Positions 1-9,227 of a stretch of 64,000 bases of DNA are shown here, piece after piece (positions within the stretch are counted from its first letter, which is position 1; the number at the start of each line of letters is the position of its first letter). The stretch is from contig JAYEJA010000049.1 in assembly GCA_034660395.1 (NCBI GenBank), forward strand, positions 1,731 through 65,730, given 5' to 3'. The position numbers and the translations under genes were made by a program. Below the pieces are notes generated by a model. It made no database searches and was not told the DNA's origin. It saw only the letters and a program-made list of their open reading frames with translations. Source of the DNA: Actinomycetota bacterium. Its GTDB lineage: Bacteria; Actinomycetota; Humimicrobiia; Humimicrobiales; Humimicrobiaceae.

Positions 1-362
1 TCAACGCTTTTTGCGCCTTCCATAACTATGACATCCTTACCCTTTTTAATTCTATTATAGGCATCTGTGATAGTATTGATAAAATCCTTTGAGAAACCCG
101 GATCTCTAAGACCTTCCCTGCTGTACTGCTGTGTAAGGACAACGGGACAGACATCCTTTAAGTTTTCTTCTGTATTTAAAATACTCGATATATACTGCGC
201 ATCCTCATCTGTAGTAATTCCCCCCACACGTGTCGGTAAGGTTCCTACCGGTTTCATATAACCTACTTTTAACCCCTTCTCACCAAGTATTTTCCCTACA
301 CCCACACACATTGAGCTTTTGCCAGAAAAAGGTTGATTTGAAATAAAAAATAATGGAACCAT
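1..362 (-). CDS. P-loop BioD/CobQ-like (AAA_26) nucleotide-binding domain protein, partial because it runs off the window edge. It resembles the N-terminal domain of phosphotransacetylase
   Basis: The ORF starts at ATG (complement of 360-362), 1 nt after the stop of the upstream acetyl-CoA synthetase gene. Translation MVPLFFISNQPFSGKSSMCVGVGKILGEKGLKVGYMKPVG...VIVMEGAKSV has the GT.T.VGKS, GYxKP and VxVEGAGG-like motifs of BioD/CobQ/Pta-N domains. Confidence 0.5.
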   Translation of the reverse strand, partial: MVPLFFISNQPFSGKSSMCVGVGKILGEKGLKVGYMKPVGTLPTRVGGITTDEDAQYISSILNTEENLKDVCPVVLTQQYSREGLRDPGFSKDFINTITDAYNRIKKGKDVIVMEGAKSV

Positions 363-363
363 C

Positions 364-2481
364 CTAACCTCCTATCCTTATTCTTGAATCACCAGCCATA
401 GAACCTTTCCCCTTTTTCTTTACGAAAAGGGGATTTATATCCATTTCCATTATCTCTGGAAAATCAGTAACCAGCTGCGAAACTTTTAATATAACTTCAA
501 TTATACTATTTATATCCGATGGGTTCTCACCCCTGGTTCCTTCCAATATCTTTATGGTCTTAATTTCTCTTATCATTTCGTCTGCAGCCTGCCTGCTTAA
601 GGGGGGTATCCTGAAGGATACATCCTTAAGAGTTTCAACATATATTCCCCCCATACCAAACATAATCACGTGCCCGAACTGAGAATCTTCGCTTACCCCT
701 ATTATTATCTCCTTTTTATCTTTAATATACTCCTGTACCAGAACACCTCTTATATCAGCATCAGGCATATATTTTAGTGCATTAAAAAAAATGTCATCAT
801 AGCTCTTTTCAAGTTCTTCTTCGGTATTTATATTAACCTTCACGCCGCCTACATCTGTTTTATGTAAAATATCCGGAGATACGATTTTTAATACAAGCGG
901 ATATCCTATTCTGTTGCCTATCTCTTTCACTTCATTCTTATCCGCTGCAAGTTCAGCCCTGGGCAGTCTTATTCCATATGCTTCAAGAACCCCTCTCGCT
1001 TCTATTTCCCCCAGCTCCAATCTATCTTCCAGCCGGCACATATTAAATATCTTTTTAACTTTCTCCTTATTGACATCAAAATTCTCAATTTTAAAACTCT
1101 TTCCGGATTTCCAATCAGCATAATCAGCCATGACCTTCAGCGTACTTACCGCTTCTTCAGGAATATTGAAGTTTGGTATTCTTTTTTCAGCTAAAAATTC
1201 CGCTGCCCTTTTAATTTCATTTCCTCCTATAAAACTTGTCAACACCGGTATCTTATCTTCCCGGCTTTCTGTTACTTCTGCAATTGCCTTTGCAGTTTCT
1301 AAATTTTGTGTCATTGCCTGCGGTGTAAGCAGTACTATTACAGCATCTACATTTTTATCTTTTATTATAACTTCCAGAGTTTTTTTATACCTATCTGCTA
1401 AAGCGTCCCCCAGAACATCTACCGGGTTATAAAAATTAGCTTCTTCCGGTAAAAAACCCTTTAACTTTTCTATGGTCTCTTTTTCAAGATTTGCCAGCAT
1501 GATGTTACTTCTCTCGCAGGCATCAGTAGCCATTATGCCCGGCCCTCCCGCATTTGTTATTATTGCAACTTTTTTACCTTTAGGCAATGGCTGGTAGGAA
1601 AAAGCTATCGCATAATTGAAAAAATCTCTTATTGTGTCTGCCCTTACTATTCCTGATTGTTTAAAAGCAGATTCATAGGCACTGGCAGAACCTGCCAGTG
1701 TTCCCGTATGAGATGATACCGCCCTTGCTCCAGCGTCGGTGTTTCCTGATTTGACTACTATTATTGGTTTTTTTCTTGAAACAACCGAAGATATCTTAAT
1801 AAATTCTCTTCCATTTTTTACGCCTTCAAGATAGGCGATTATTACCCTTGTATCTTCTTCATCTCCCAGTTTCCCGATAAGGTCGTTTTCCGATATATCG
1901 GATTTATTGCCCAGAGAAACAAATTTAGAAAACCCTACTTTATTAGTCTTTGCCCAATCAAGAATAGATGTGCCGAGAGCTCCTGATTGAGATAAAAAGC
2001 TAATATCACCCGCGGGAGGCATACCGCCTGAAAAGGAAGCATTCATTGAACATGCAGTATTTATGACTCCAAGGCAGTTGGGACCCAGAATCCTTATTCC
2101 ATTTTTTTTGGCTATATCAATTAATTGACTTTCCCTCTTTGCGCCTTCAGTACCTGTTTCCTTAAAACCTGCAGATATGATAATAGACCATTTGACATTC
2201 TTTTTTGAACAATCTTCCAGAACAGGACATACATACTTTGCAGGTATGGCTAATACAGCCATTTCAAAATCCAGGGGAATATCTAAAACTGAAGAGTAGC
2301 ATTTTATATCACAAATTTTATCTGCTTTTGGGTTAACCGGAAACAATTTTCCTTTAAATCCGGATTTTATGAGATTCTCAAGTATAACATGGCCAACTTT
2401 GCCTTTTTCCCTGGAAGCTCCTATTAATGCTAAAGATTGGGGACAAAAAAAATTTCCTAAACTCAAATTGCAAACCTCCAA
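364..2481 (-). CDS. acetyl-CoA synthetase (ADP-forming), fused alpha+beta subunits (CoA-binding, succinyl-CoA-synthetase-like and ATP-grasp domains)
   Basis: 705-aa ORF with LALIGASREKGKVG CoA-binding N-terminus, a ligase-CoA domain and a C-terminal ATP-grasp, typical of NDP-forming acyl-CoA synthetases. The track start is TTG. A better start is probably the TTG five codons downstream (about 2466), preceded by GGAGG. Confidence 0.85.
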   Translation of the reverse strand: MEVCNLSLGNFFCPQSLALIGASREKGKVGHVILENLIKSGFKGKLFPVNPKADKICDIKCYSSVLDIPLDFEMAVLAIPAKYVCPVLEDCSKKNVKWSIIISAGFKETGTEGAKRESQLIDIAKKNGIRILGPNCLGVINTACSMNASFSGGMPPAGDISFLSQSGALGTSILDWAKTNKVGFSKFVSLGNKSDISENDLIGKLGDEEDTRVIIAYLEGVKNGREFIKISSVVSRKKPIIVVKSGNTDAGARAVSSHTGTLAGSASAYESAFKQSGIVRADTIRDFFNYAIAFSYQPLPKGKKVAIITNAGGPGIMATDACERSNIMLANLEKETIEKLKGFLPEEANFYNPVDVLGDALADRYKKTLEVIIKDKNVDAVIVLLTPQAMTQNLETAKAIAEVTESREDKIPVLTSFIGGNEIKRAAEFLAEKRIPNFNIPEEAVSTLKVMADYADWKSGKSFKIENFDVNKEKVKKIFNMCRLEDRLELGEIEARGVLEAYGIRLPRAELAADKNEVKEIGNRIGYPLVLKIVSPDILHKTDVGGVKVNINTEEELEKSYDDIFFNALKYMPDADIRGVLVQEYIKDKKEIIIGVSEDSQFGHVIMFGMGGIYVETLKDVSFRIPPLSRQAADEMIREIKTIKILEGTRGENPSDINSIIEVILKVSQLVTDFPEIMEMDINPLFVKKKGKGSMAGDSRIRIGG

Positions 2482-2500
2482 TCAAAAGTATAATCAATTC

Positions 2501-2716
2501 TTATTTATTTGCTTCTCCTGCTTTCTTTTTTTTGTCCTCACTCTCAAAAGATATTATCTCATTCTGCAGATAATAACCGCAATTCTGGCAAACCCTGTGC
2601 GCAATCTTTTTGCTATGGCACCTGGGACACTCAACGATATTTAATATTTTTAATCGATCATGAGTTCTGCGTTTATCTCTTTTTGACCTCGATGTTTTAC
2701 CTTTGGGAACAGCCAA
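2501..2716 (-). CDS. rpmF: 50S ribosomal protein L32 (C4 zinc-ribbon form) with a Lys-rich C-terminal tail
   Basis: MAVPKGKTSRSKRDKRRTHD... N-terminus and CPRC...CQNC zinc ribbon. Confidence 0.85.
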   Translation of the reverse strand: MAVPKGKTSRSKRDKRRTHDRLKILNIVECPRCHSKKIAHRVCQNCGYYLQNEIISFESEDKKKKAGEANK

Positions 2717-2856
2717 TTCTATTTCCTCCTGTTAGCTTATTATCACAAACTTATCATAAACGGATACAAGCAAATAAATATAACATAAAATAATTATTAT
2801 TCAATAAATACTGCCTGCTTTATTATTAAAATTTATAAAATGATGATAGATGAATA

Positions 2857-3330
2857 TCATTTATCTCCCTGACTCACATCGCCCCTGAACTGCTCTCTGC
2901 CTTTCTCAATAGCAGTCAGCAACTTGTGTAATACTGCTTCAAGGTTTGCCAGCTTTTCATCAGCATAATCCTCAGCTTCAAGCCTTATGGTTCTTGCTCT
3001 TGCTTCCACCGCCGACATTAATTCTTCCGCCTTCCTGTTAGCATCTTTCAATACCTCGGTCTCACTTACCAGGGCCTCCGCCCTTTCCTTGGCTTCCTTT
3101 ACTAATCTTTCAGAATACCTCTTGGCTTCCTCTACCATATTCTCTCTTTCTTTAACAATCCACCTTGATTGCTTTAATTCTTCCGGAAAAATATTCCTTA
3201 GTTCATCCAGCAAATCATAAATCTCACTTTCATTAACAATTATATTAGACGAAAAAGGTATTCTTTTACTTTTATCAAGAAATTCCTCCATTCTGTCAAC
3301 TACCTCAAATACATCCATTCTTCTCTCCAT
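2857..3330 (-). CDS. hypothetical coiled-coil protein (DivIVA-like or ATPase subunit-like; function unknown)
   Basis: 157-aa ORF with strong heptad-like K/E/A-rich helices and no Cys. It lies between coaD and rpmF, where Bacillus has ylbJ-N genes. Confidence 0.45.
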   Translation of the reverse strand: MERRMDVFEVVDRMEEFLDKSKRIPFSSNIIVNESEIYDLLDELRNIFPEELKQSRWIVKERENMVEEAKRYSERLVKEAKERAEALVSETEVLKDANRKAEELMSAVEARARTIRLEAEDYADEKLANLEAVLHKLLTAIEKGREQFRGDVSQGDK

Positions 3331-3341
3331 CTATACCTTTA

Positions 3342-3836
3342 TTATTTAAAATCTTCTTTTTCAAAACTTTCAATTACATCATTTTCTATTTTCTCAGGCA
3401 CCAGACCTCTTATGCAGCCATTGAACATTGCTACTTCCTTAACAGCACTCGAGCTGAGATAAGCATATCTGGGATTTGTTACCATAAATACAGTCTCTAC
3501 TTCCGGGTTTAATTTCCTATTTATCTGCGCCATCTGGAACTCGTACTCGAAATCTGAAATAGCCCTGAGTCCCTTGACTACGACTGTCGCATTTACTTTA
3601 CTGGCCAGTTTCACCAGCAAACCGTTAAATGTAATAACCTCTATATTTTTCAGGTTACTCAGTGATCTCTTTACAAAATCAACCCTCCTCTCAACAGAAT
3701 AAAGCGGCTTTTTCTTAGGATTTTCTGATATTGCGACCACTACCTTTGAAAAAATTTTTGAACACCTGTTTATTATATCCAGGTGGCCTTTTGTCATAGG
3801 ATCATATGTCCCGGGACACAATGCAATTCTTTCCAT
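3342..3836 (-). CDS. coaD: phosphopantetheine adenylyltransferase
   Basis: CPGTYDPMTKGHLDII motif (T/HxGH) and full-length similarity to CoaD. Confidence 0.9.
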   Translation of the reverse strand: MERIALCPGTYDPMTKGHLDIINRCSKIFSKVVVAISENPKKKPLYSVERRVDFVKRSLSNLKNIEVITFNGLLVKLASKVNATVVVKGLRAISDFEYEFQMAQINRKLNPEVETVFMVTNPRYAYLSSSAVKEVAMFNGCIRGLVPEKIENDVIESFEKEDFK

Positions 3837-3863
3837 AACTTAAATCCTCTTACCTCCTCTTTA

Positions 3864-4415
3864 TTATGGCGAGAGATATAATATTTTTTTATCTCCCCGG
3901 CCGGACTTTTTCAATAAATCCAATCCCCTTATCTCTTCTTCAATATCTCTTTTTAAAAAGCACTCATATATTACCAGGGTATTACTTTTAGCGATATTTT
4001 TTTTTGATACGGCATTGAATATTTTTATCATTATATCACTTTTAATTTTATAAGGTGGGTCCATAAATATTATATCCCACCCCGGACCCTTATAAAACTT
4101 TAGAAACTCAATAACGTCACTTTTTATTATTTTATATTTTTCACCACTTATTTTTAGCCCTTTGATATTACACTCTATTAATTTTACAGACTTATAGTTT
4201 CTGTCTACAAAATATACCATATTGCAGCCGCGGCTCAACGATTCAATTCCAAGAGACCCGCTTCCTGCAAATAAGTCAAGCACATTTGCCCTGCTTATCC
4301 TGCTGCCGATAACATTAAAAATACTTTCTTTTACACTATCAAGTGTTGGCCTGATTTCATAATTTGAGGGGGGTTTTAATTTTCTACCTTTAAATTTACC
4401 CGAAATTATCCTGAT
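3864..4415 (-). CDS. rsmD: 16S rRNA (guanine966-N2)-methyltransferase RsmD. The start is non-canonical
   Basis: The track ORF starts at GTG 4283 (MLDLFAGSGSLG...DPPY). The open frame continues 44 codons upstream and encodes the conserved RsmD N-terminus IRIISGKFKGRKLKPPSNYEIRPTLDSVKESIFNVIG. That extension contains no ATG, GTG or TTG, so the start is most likely ATC at 4413-4415 (or ATA/ATT nearby), 22 nt after the yloV stop. Confidence 0.75.
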   Translation of the reverse strand: MRIISGKFKGRKLKPPSNYEIRPTLDSVKESIFNVIGSRISRANVLDLFAGSGSLGIESLSRGCNMVYFVDRNYKSVKLIECNIKGLKISGEKYKIIKSDVIEFLKFYKGPGWDIIFMDPPYKIKSDIMIKIFNAVSKKNIAKSNTLVIYECFLKRDIEEEIRGLDLLKKSGRGDKKILYLSP

Positions 4416-4437
4416 AGTTTACCACCATAAAATACAA

Positions 4438-6201
4438 TTATTCTATTGAAAATATATAATGATATAAAAGCTGTCCTCCTTTATGGATTTCCATATCTAT
4501 TTTAGGAAAATGCTTTTTAATTCCTTTTTTTATCTTATCAATATCCTCTTTTTTTGCATCCTTTCCCATGTAAAAAGTTATAACTTCTTTTTTTGAATCT
4601 GCAATATCTCTTACAAGGTCAACCGTGGCATCCACGACATTATCCGATACTACTCTAACCTTTCCTTTAGATAATCCTATGTACTCGCCCTTTTTTATTT
4701 CTCCCACCATAAGATTAGCATCTCTTACCGCACATGTTACTTCCCCATCTTCTGTCTTTTTAGCTGACTGTTCCATATTATCCATATTCTCTTCAATGCC
4801 GGCATCAGGATTGTAGCTTAGAATAGCTGCTATGCCTGCCGGAATGCTTTTTGTCTGAACTACATAAACATCCTTTTTCCTTACGACTTTCTTCGCCTGA
4901 TTCGCAGTCAGTATTATATTCTTATTGTTGGGTAATATTATAATCTCGGAAGCATCCAGGTCGCTTATAGCCTTTACCATCTCATATGTTGAAGGATTCA
5001 TACTCTGTCCACCGCTTACGACAATATCTGCACCTACACTCTTAAATATCTTCTCCAGTCCCTCTCCGCTGGATACTGCCATTAAAGCTCTGCTTGAATC
5101 TATCCTGCCTTCCGACGGTTCTTCTCCTTCAACTAATTCCTCTCTCTGGTCTTTCATATTATTTATCTTAATATCATGAAGGGATCCTTCCCTTGATGCC
5201 CTGCCTAAAATCCTATGGGGATGATTCGTATGTACATGTATTTTAACCAGGTTCTCATTTCCAACTACTACGGCACTGTCACCAAAGCTTTCTATTCTTT
5301 CCCTTAGTCTTTCTACATTTATCCTTCTTCCCTTCACCATAAGCTCTGTACAATAAGTATATTTGATTTCGTAGGTAAGCCTTACATTTTTTAGATTTTC
5401 CTTTTCATCATGAGAGACATACCCCTCACTTTCTTCAGAGACACCCTCTTTTGCTTTTTTGTCCCTGCTATTATTATTTCTATTACTTTTATTTCCTGAC
5501 AATGCAGCGGTTTTCCCGGGTTCCACGGTATTCATCTCTAATTGTTTGTCCAGACTGCCGATTCCATTCATTGCCTTTTTTACTCCGATCAATATATCAA
5601 GAATACCCTGCGCCCCCGCATCTACCACATCAGCCTTTTTTAATACCGGTAGAAGGAAAGTAGTACGTTCCACGGATTTTTCCGTTTCAGAAATAACTTC
5701 ATCCAGGAAATCTATCATTTTTACCTTACCGTTATTACCTCCCATATTCCCAACAAATTCGCATATATCTTTTATCGCGGTAAGCATAGTTCCTTCAGTC
5801 GGATCCTGGACAGAACCGTAGGCAAGATCTCTTGAAGCTTCAAGGGCTTTTTTTATTACATCCAGATCAAACCTGTTGCATTTTATAATTTCATCAAAAA
5901 ACCCTTTAAGTATCTGTGATAATATTACGCCCGAGTTGCCCCTTGATCCCATTAATGCTCCAAATGAAGCTTTTTCCAGCACATTTTTTAGAGAAAAATC
6001 ATTTAACCGGGAAAGCTCTTTTTTAACTGACTTTAAGGTTAGCAGCATATTGGTACCCGTATCTCCATCCGGAACAGGGAATACATTTAAATCATTAATC
6101 TTCTTTTCATTTTCTTCAAAGTTATCCAGTACCTTATTAACTAGTTTTTCAAGATTCTCTTTCTTTATTCCTTCAGTAACTTCGCCGTTCACTTTTGCCA
6201 C
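4438..6201 (-). CDS. yloV: DAK2 domain fusion protein YloV
   Basis: 587 aa with an N-terminal Dak2 domain (DGDTGTNM) and a C-terminal DegV/YloV-type domain. It is divergent from rpmB as in Bacillus. Confidence 0.85.
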   Translation of the reverse strand: MAKVNGEVTEGIKKENLEKLVNKVLDNFEENEKKINDLNVFPVPDGDTGTNMLLTLKSVKKELSRLNDFSLKNVLEKASFGALMGSRGNSGVILSQILKGFFDEIIKCNRFDLDVIKKALEASRDLAYGSVQDPTEGTMLTAIKDICEFVGNMGGNNGKVKMIDFLDEVISETEKSVERTTFLLPVLKKADVVDAGAQGILDILIGVKKAMNGIGSLDKQLEMNTVEPGKTAALSGNKSNRNNNSRDKKAKEGVSEESEGYVSHDEKENLKNVRLTYEIKYTYCTELMVKGRRINVERLRERIESFGDSAVVVGNENLVKIHVHTNHPHRILGRASREGSLHDIKINNMKDQREELVEGEEPSEGRIDSSRALMAVSSGEGLEKIFKSVGADIVVSGGQSMNPSTYEMVKAISDLDASEIIILPNNKNIILTANQAKKVVRKKDVYVVQTKSIPAGIAAILSYNPDAGIEENMDNMEQSAKKTEDGEVTCAVRDANLMVGEIKKGEYIGLSKGKVRVVSDNVVDATVDLVRDIADSKKEVITFYMGKDAKKEDIDKIKKGIKKHFPKIDMEIHKGGQLLYHYIFSIE

Positions 6202-6400
6202 CCTTTTATAAATTATCCCATATTAAAATTTATAAGCATGCCATCCCCGGCCGCCGTTATATTATACCAGAATTTTTGTCATTTTTTCCTATAAAATTAA
6301 TCTTTCTCACCTTCAATTTTTTTATACTCTTTAAGACTAAATAATCTTTAAATTGTTTCCTTTAAATATCCCGGTTTTATCTCTCTATTTCCTATTTAAC

Positions 6401-6429
6401 TTGAAAAGTGCTTAATAAAATGCTAATAT
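6401..6429 (+). promoter_or_regulatory. sigma70-type promoter for rpmB (TTGAAA-17-TAATAT)
   Basis: TTGAAA at 6401-6406, a 17-nt spacer, TAATAT at 6424-6429, about 85 nt upstream of the rpmB ATG. Confidence 0.45.
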
Positions 6430-6516
6430 TCCTTCCTGTTTAATTAATACCTGGCCGATATAAGTTATCAATCCGGGTTGATGGTATATAAATTTTAAGG
6501 GAAAACAGGAGAAGAA

Positions 6517-6708
6517 ATGTCAAGAAAATGTGAGATTTGCGGTAAGGGCGCGATTTTTGGAAATAGCGTAAGCCATTCAAATAAAAAAACTAGAAAAACT
6601 TTTAAGCCCAATATACAAAAGGTAAAGGTTGAATACAGAGGGAAGATAAAAACTATTAATATCTGCACAAGCTGTCTCAAATCAGGCAAGGTAAAAAAGG
6701 TGGTTTAA
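6517..6708 (+). CDS. rpmB: 50S ribosomal protein L28
   Basis: [32 protein letters not shown]... is canonical L28. Confidence 0.9.
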   Translation: MSRKCEICGKGAIFGNSVSHSNKKTRKTFKPNIQKVKVEYRGKIKTINICTSCLKSGKVKKVV

Positions 6709-6718
6709 ATACCTTCTT

Positions 6719-8254
6719 CTACCCGGCTTTATTTTTTCTCAGGCAGCAAACAAAACCGGCTTCACTTTCAAAATAATAAGGCATTATTTCAAGACACCCT
6801 TCAGGGTAACTGATACCCCGGTAAACATCAGAATTTTTGATTGACGTAATCTTATCGATAAAATCATTTTTTTCACAAACATACTTCCCCCTGAATTCCT
6901 TCAAGAATCTCTCTATCATATTTTGATTTTCTGCCGGTGAAAGGGTACAGGTGTAAAAAATGAGCTTCCCTCCAGTTTTAAGATAACGGTCACAATTAAC
7001 CATCATACTGTAAGACATGGCGGAAAGCCTTATAACATCATCCATTGACTTGTTATATTTAGCATCCGGGTTTTTGGAAATAGTTCCAAAAGCACTGCAT
7101 GGTGCATCAATCAAAATACTGTCAAAATATTCCCTGTAGATATCAGTACCTTTTATACCTGCCCCGGCTTTACTGTCTCCAGCACCGCCGCTGCTTTTTA
7201 GAAAACCTGGTTCGCCTGCATCTGCCTCAACAACTTTGACATTATCCAGACCCAGTCTTTCCATGCTGTCTCGCAATAGTTCCAGCCTCCTGCTGCTGAT
7301 ATCCACCGATACCAGCTCCCCTTTATCTTTTAATATTTGAGCTATATAGGAAGTCTTTCCTCCGGGAGCAGCGCATACATCAAGTACCTTATCCCCCCGG
7401 CGGGGCCTTAAGAAATATTTCACCGCTAATTGAGAAGATATATCCTGTACCGTAACCAGGCCTTTTTTATAAATTTCAGATTCTGAAATTTCCTGAACAC
7501 TATATGTTCCCACAGTATCATCAAGTATTTCTTTTAAAAAAAATAGATTCTTACTTCCTTTGCTCTTTCCTCCGGTAATATCAAATCCCTTAAAAACTCC
7601 ATTGACCGGCTTCAGCTCAAACTCTCCTGCAAGTTCTTCAGGACTAATATTATCCCTGTTAAACCTTAAATAATAAAGCGGGTTTTCATTTAAAGACTTC
7701 AGGATTAAAATAGTTTTTTCCCTCCCATAACATTTGAGCCAGTAGTCAACCAGCCATTCGGGATATGAATATTCCTTGCTGATCCTTAAAGCCTCATTAT
7801 CCATATCTTTAATCTTTTTCTTAAAAAAAAGATTAATGTCATCTACGGAGCTTATTTTACGCAACGCTGCATTTACAAATTTTGAAGAGGGATAATTCGC
7901 TCTTTTTTTAGCCAGCTTAACACTCTCATCAAGCGCTGAATAGTCCGGAACCCTGTCCATATACATTAATTGATAAATCCCCATCCGTAAAATATTCAGC
8001 ACTATGAAATCTATATTTCTTAAATCCTTGTCCGAGAACAAGGAAAGGATGAAATCAATTTTTATATAATATCTTACTGTCCCCTTTACAATATTGAATA
8101 TGAAACGCCTATCAAGGCCTGAAAGATTACGGTCCTTGAAATTTTTATTTATTATATTCTTTAAGGATTTTCTTTTTTTAAAATACTGGTTTAAAACAAG
8201 GAGGGCAATTTCACGCGGGCCGGTCTTACCTTTTTTATTACTCAAAACTCTCAC
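6719..8254 (-). CDS. rsmB: 16S rRNA (cytosine967-C5)-methyltransferase RsmB/Sun (NusB-like N-domain plus SAM-dependent methyltransferase)
   Basis: DVCAAPGGKT SAM motif, DAPCS and PC catalytic cysteines, and position after fmt. Confidence 0.85.
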   Translation of the reverse strand: MRVLSNKKGKTGPREIALLVLNQYFKKRKSLKNIINKNFKDRNLSGLDRRFIFNIVKGTVRYYIKIDFILSLFSDKDLRNIDFIVLNILRMGIYQLMYMDRVPDYSALDESVKLAKKRANYPSSKFVNAALRKISSVDDINLFFKKKIKDMDNEALRISKEYSYPEWLVDYWLKCYGREKTILILKSLNENPLYYLRFNRDNISPEELAGEFELKPVNGVFKGFDITGGKSKGSKNLFFLKEILDDTVGTYSVQEISESEIYKKGLVTVQDISSQLAVKYFLRPRRGDKVLDVCAAPGGKTSYIAQILKDKGELVSVDISSRRLELLRDSMERLGLDNVKVVEADAGEPGFLKSSGGAGDSKAGAGIKGTDIYREYFDSILIDAPCSAFGTISKNPDAKYNKSMDDVIRLSAMSYSMMVNCDRYLKTGGKLIFYTCTLSPAENQNMIERFLKEFRGKYVCEKNDFIDKITSIKNSDVYRGISYPEGCLEIMPYYFESEAGFVCCLRKNKAG

Positions 8255-9209
8255 CGGCCGTTATCAGATATCCGTTGATAAAATCCCTATCGGTCATCAC
8301 TCTTTTTCCCTGAGGCTTTAAAAGCTTGATTTTTATAATTTGGCTTCCGCCGCATTTAACCAGGATACCTGAATTTTTATCAGCTCTAACAATATACCCG
8401 TTATTGATTGATTTTTCGTTAATCTTCAGTCCGGAAAGATATTCTTTACTTTCAAATTCATCCGGCACTTCCGCTTTTAATATTTTAATCCTCAGACTCT
8501 TCCAGAAACAATATGCTCCAGGGCTGGAGCTGAAAGCTCTGATTTTATTATTTATTCTTACAGCATCTTGTCTCCAGTCAATCCTGAAATCCTCATTTTT
8601 AGTCTTGCGGGTATAAGTCGCATTTTCTTCTTCCTGGGGGTATGAATTTATATCACCGCTTTCCAGTAAATCCAGTACTGTCAGAAGAACCGGACTGCCG
8701 AACTTAATTACCTTCCGTTCATATATTTCCCGGTTATCACTTTCTCCAATACCGAATTTTACCTGGGCATATATTCCGCCCCTGTCAACTTCAGCAGTAA
8801 CTTCTATAACACTTACGCCGCCAAGACTGTCACCATTCAGTACCGCACTTATTATCGGAGTCGGCCCTCTGTACTTTGGTAAAAGAGACGGGTGCACATT
8901 AAGCCACCTGGCAACCTTTGAATTTATAAGCCTGGCCGGTATTATTCTGCCGAAGGATACCATAACTGCCGCATCAAACTCTAATTTACCAAAGTCATCA
9001 TAGAAACTATTATCAAATTCCCCGACCTGTATAAAACTAATTCCTAATTCCCTGGCCCTGCTCTTCACTATATTGGGGATAACCTTTCTTCCCCTGCCTG
9101 ACTGTTTATCAGTTTTGGTAACCACGAGAGTCACCTCATGCTTTGATTTATATAATTCCTCAAGAAAAGGAACTGAAATCTCTGATGAACCGAAAAAAAT
9201 AACCTTCAA
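8238..9209 (-). CDS. fmt: methionyl-tRNA formyltransferase
   Basis: MKVIFFGSSEISVPFLEEL, HPSLLPKYRGPTPI motif, and position after def. Confidence 0.9.
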   Translation of the reverse strand: MKVIFFGSSEISVPFLEELYKSKHEVTLVVTKTDKQSGRGRKVIPNIVKSRARELGISFIQVGEFDNSFYDDFGKLEFDAAVMVSFGRIIPARLINSKVARWLNVHPSLLPKYRGPTPIISAVLNGDSLGGVSVIEVTAEVDRGGIYAQVKFGIGESDNREIYERKVIKFGSPVLLTVLDLLESGDINSYPQEEENATYTRKTKNEDFRIDWRQDAVRINNKIRAFSSSPGAYCFWKSLRIKILKAEVPDEFESKEYLSGLKINEKSINNGYIVRADKNSGILVKCGGSQIIKIKLLKPQGKRVMTDRDFINGYLITAGESFE

Positions 9210-9227
9210 TTCATATCTCCATACATA

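Noticed and set aside
67-261. 64-aa plus-strand ORF at the window start
   Set aside because: It is antisense to the partial BioD/CobQ-like gene, which has clear protein-family signal, and has no RBS.
2369-2793. Plus-strand ORFs 2369-2644 and 2509-2793 overlapping rpmF
   Set aside because: rpmF on the minus strand is unambiguous. These are frame shadows.
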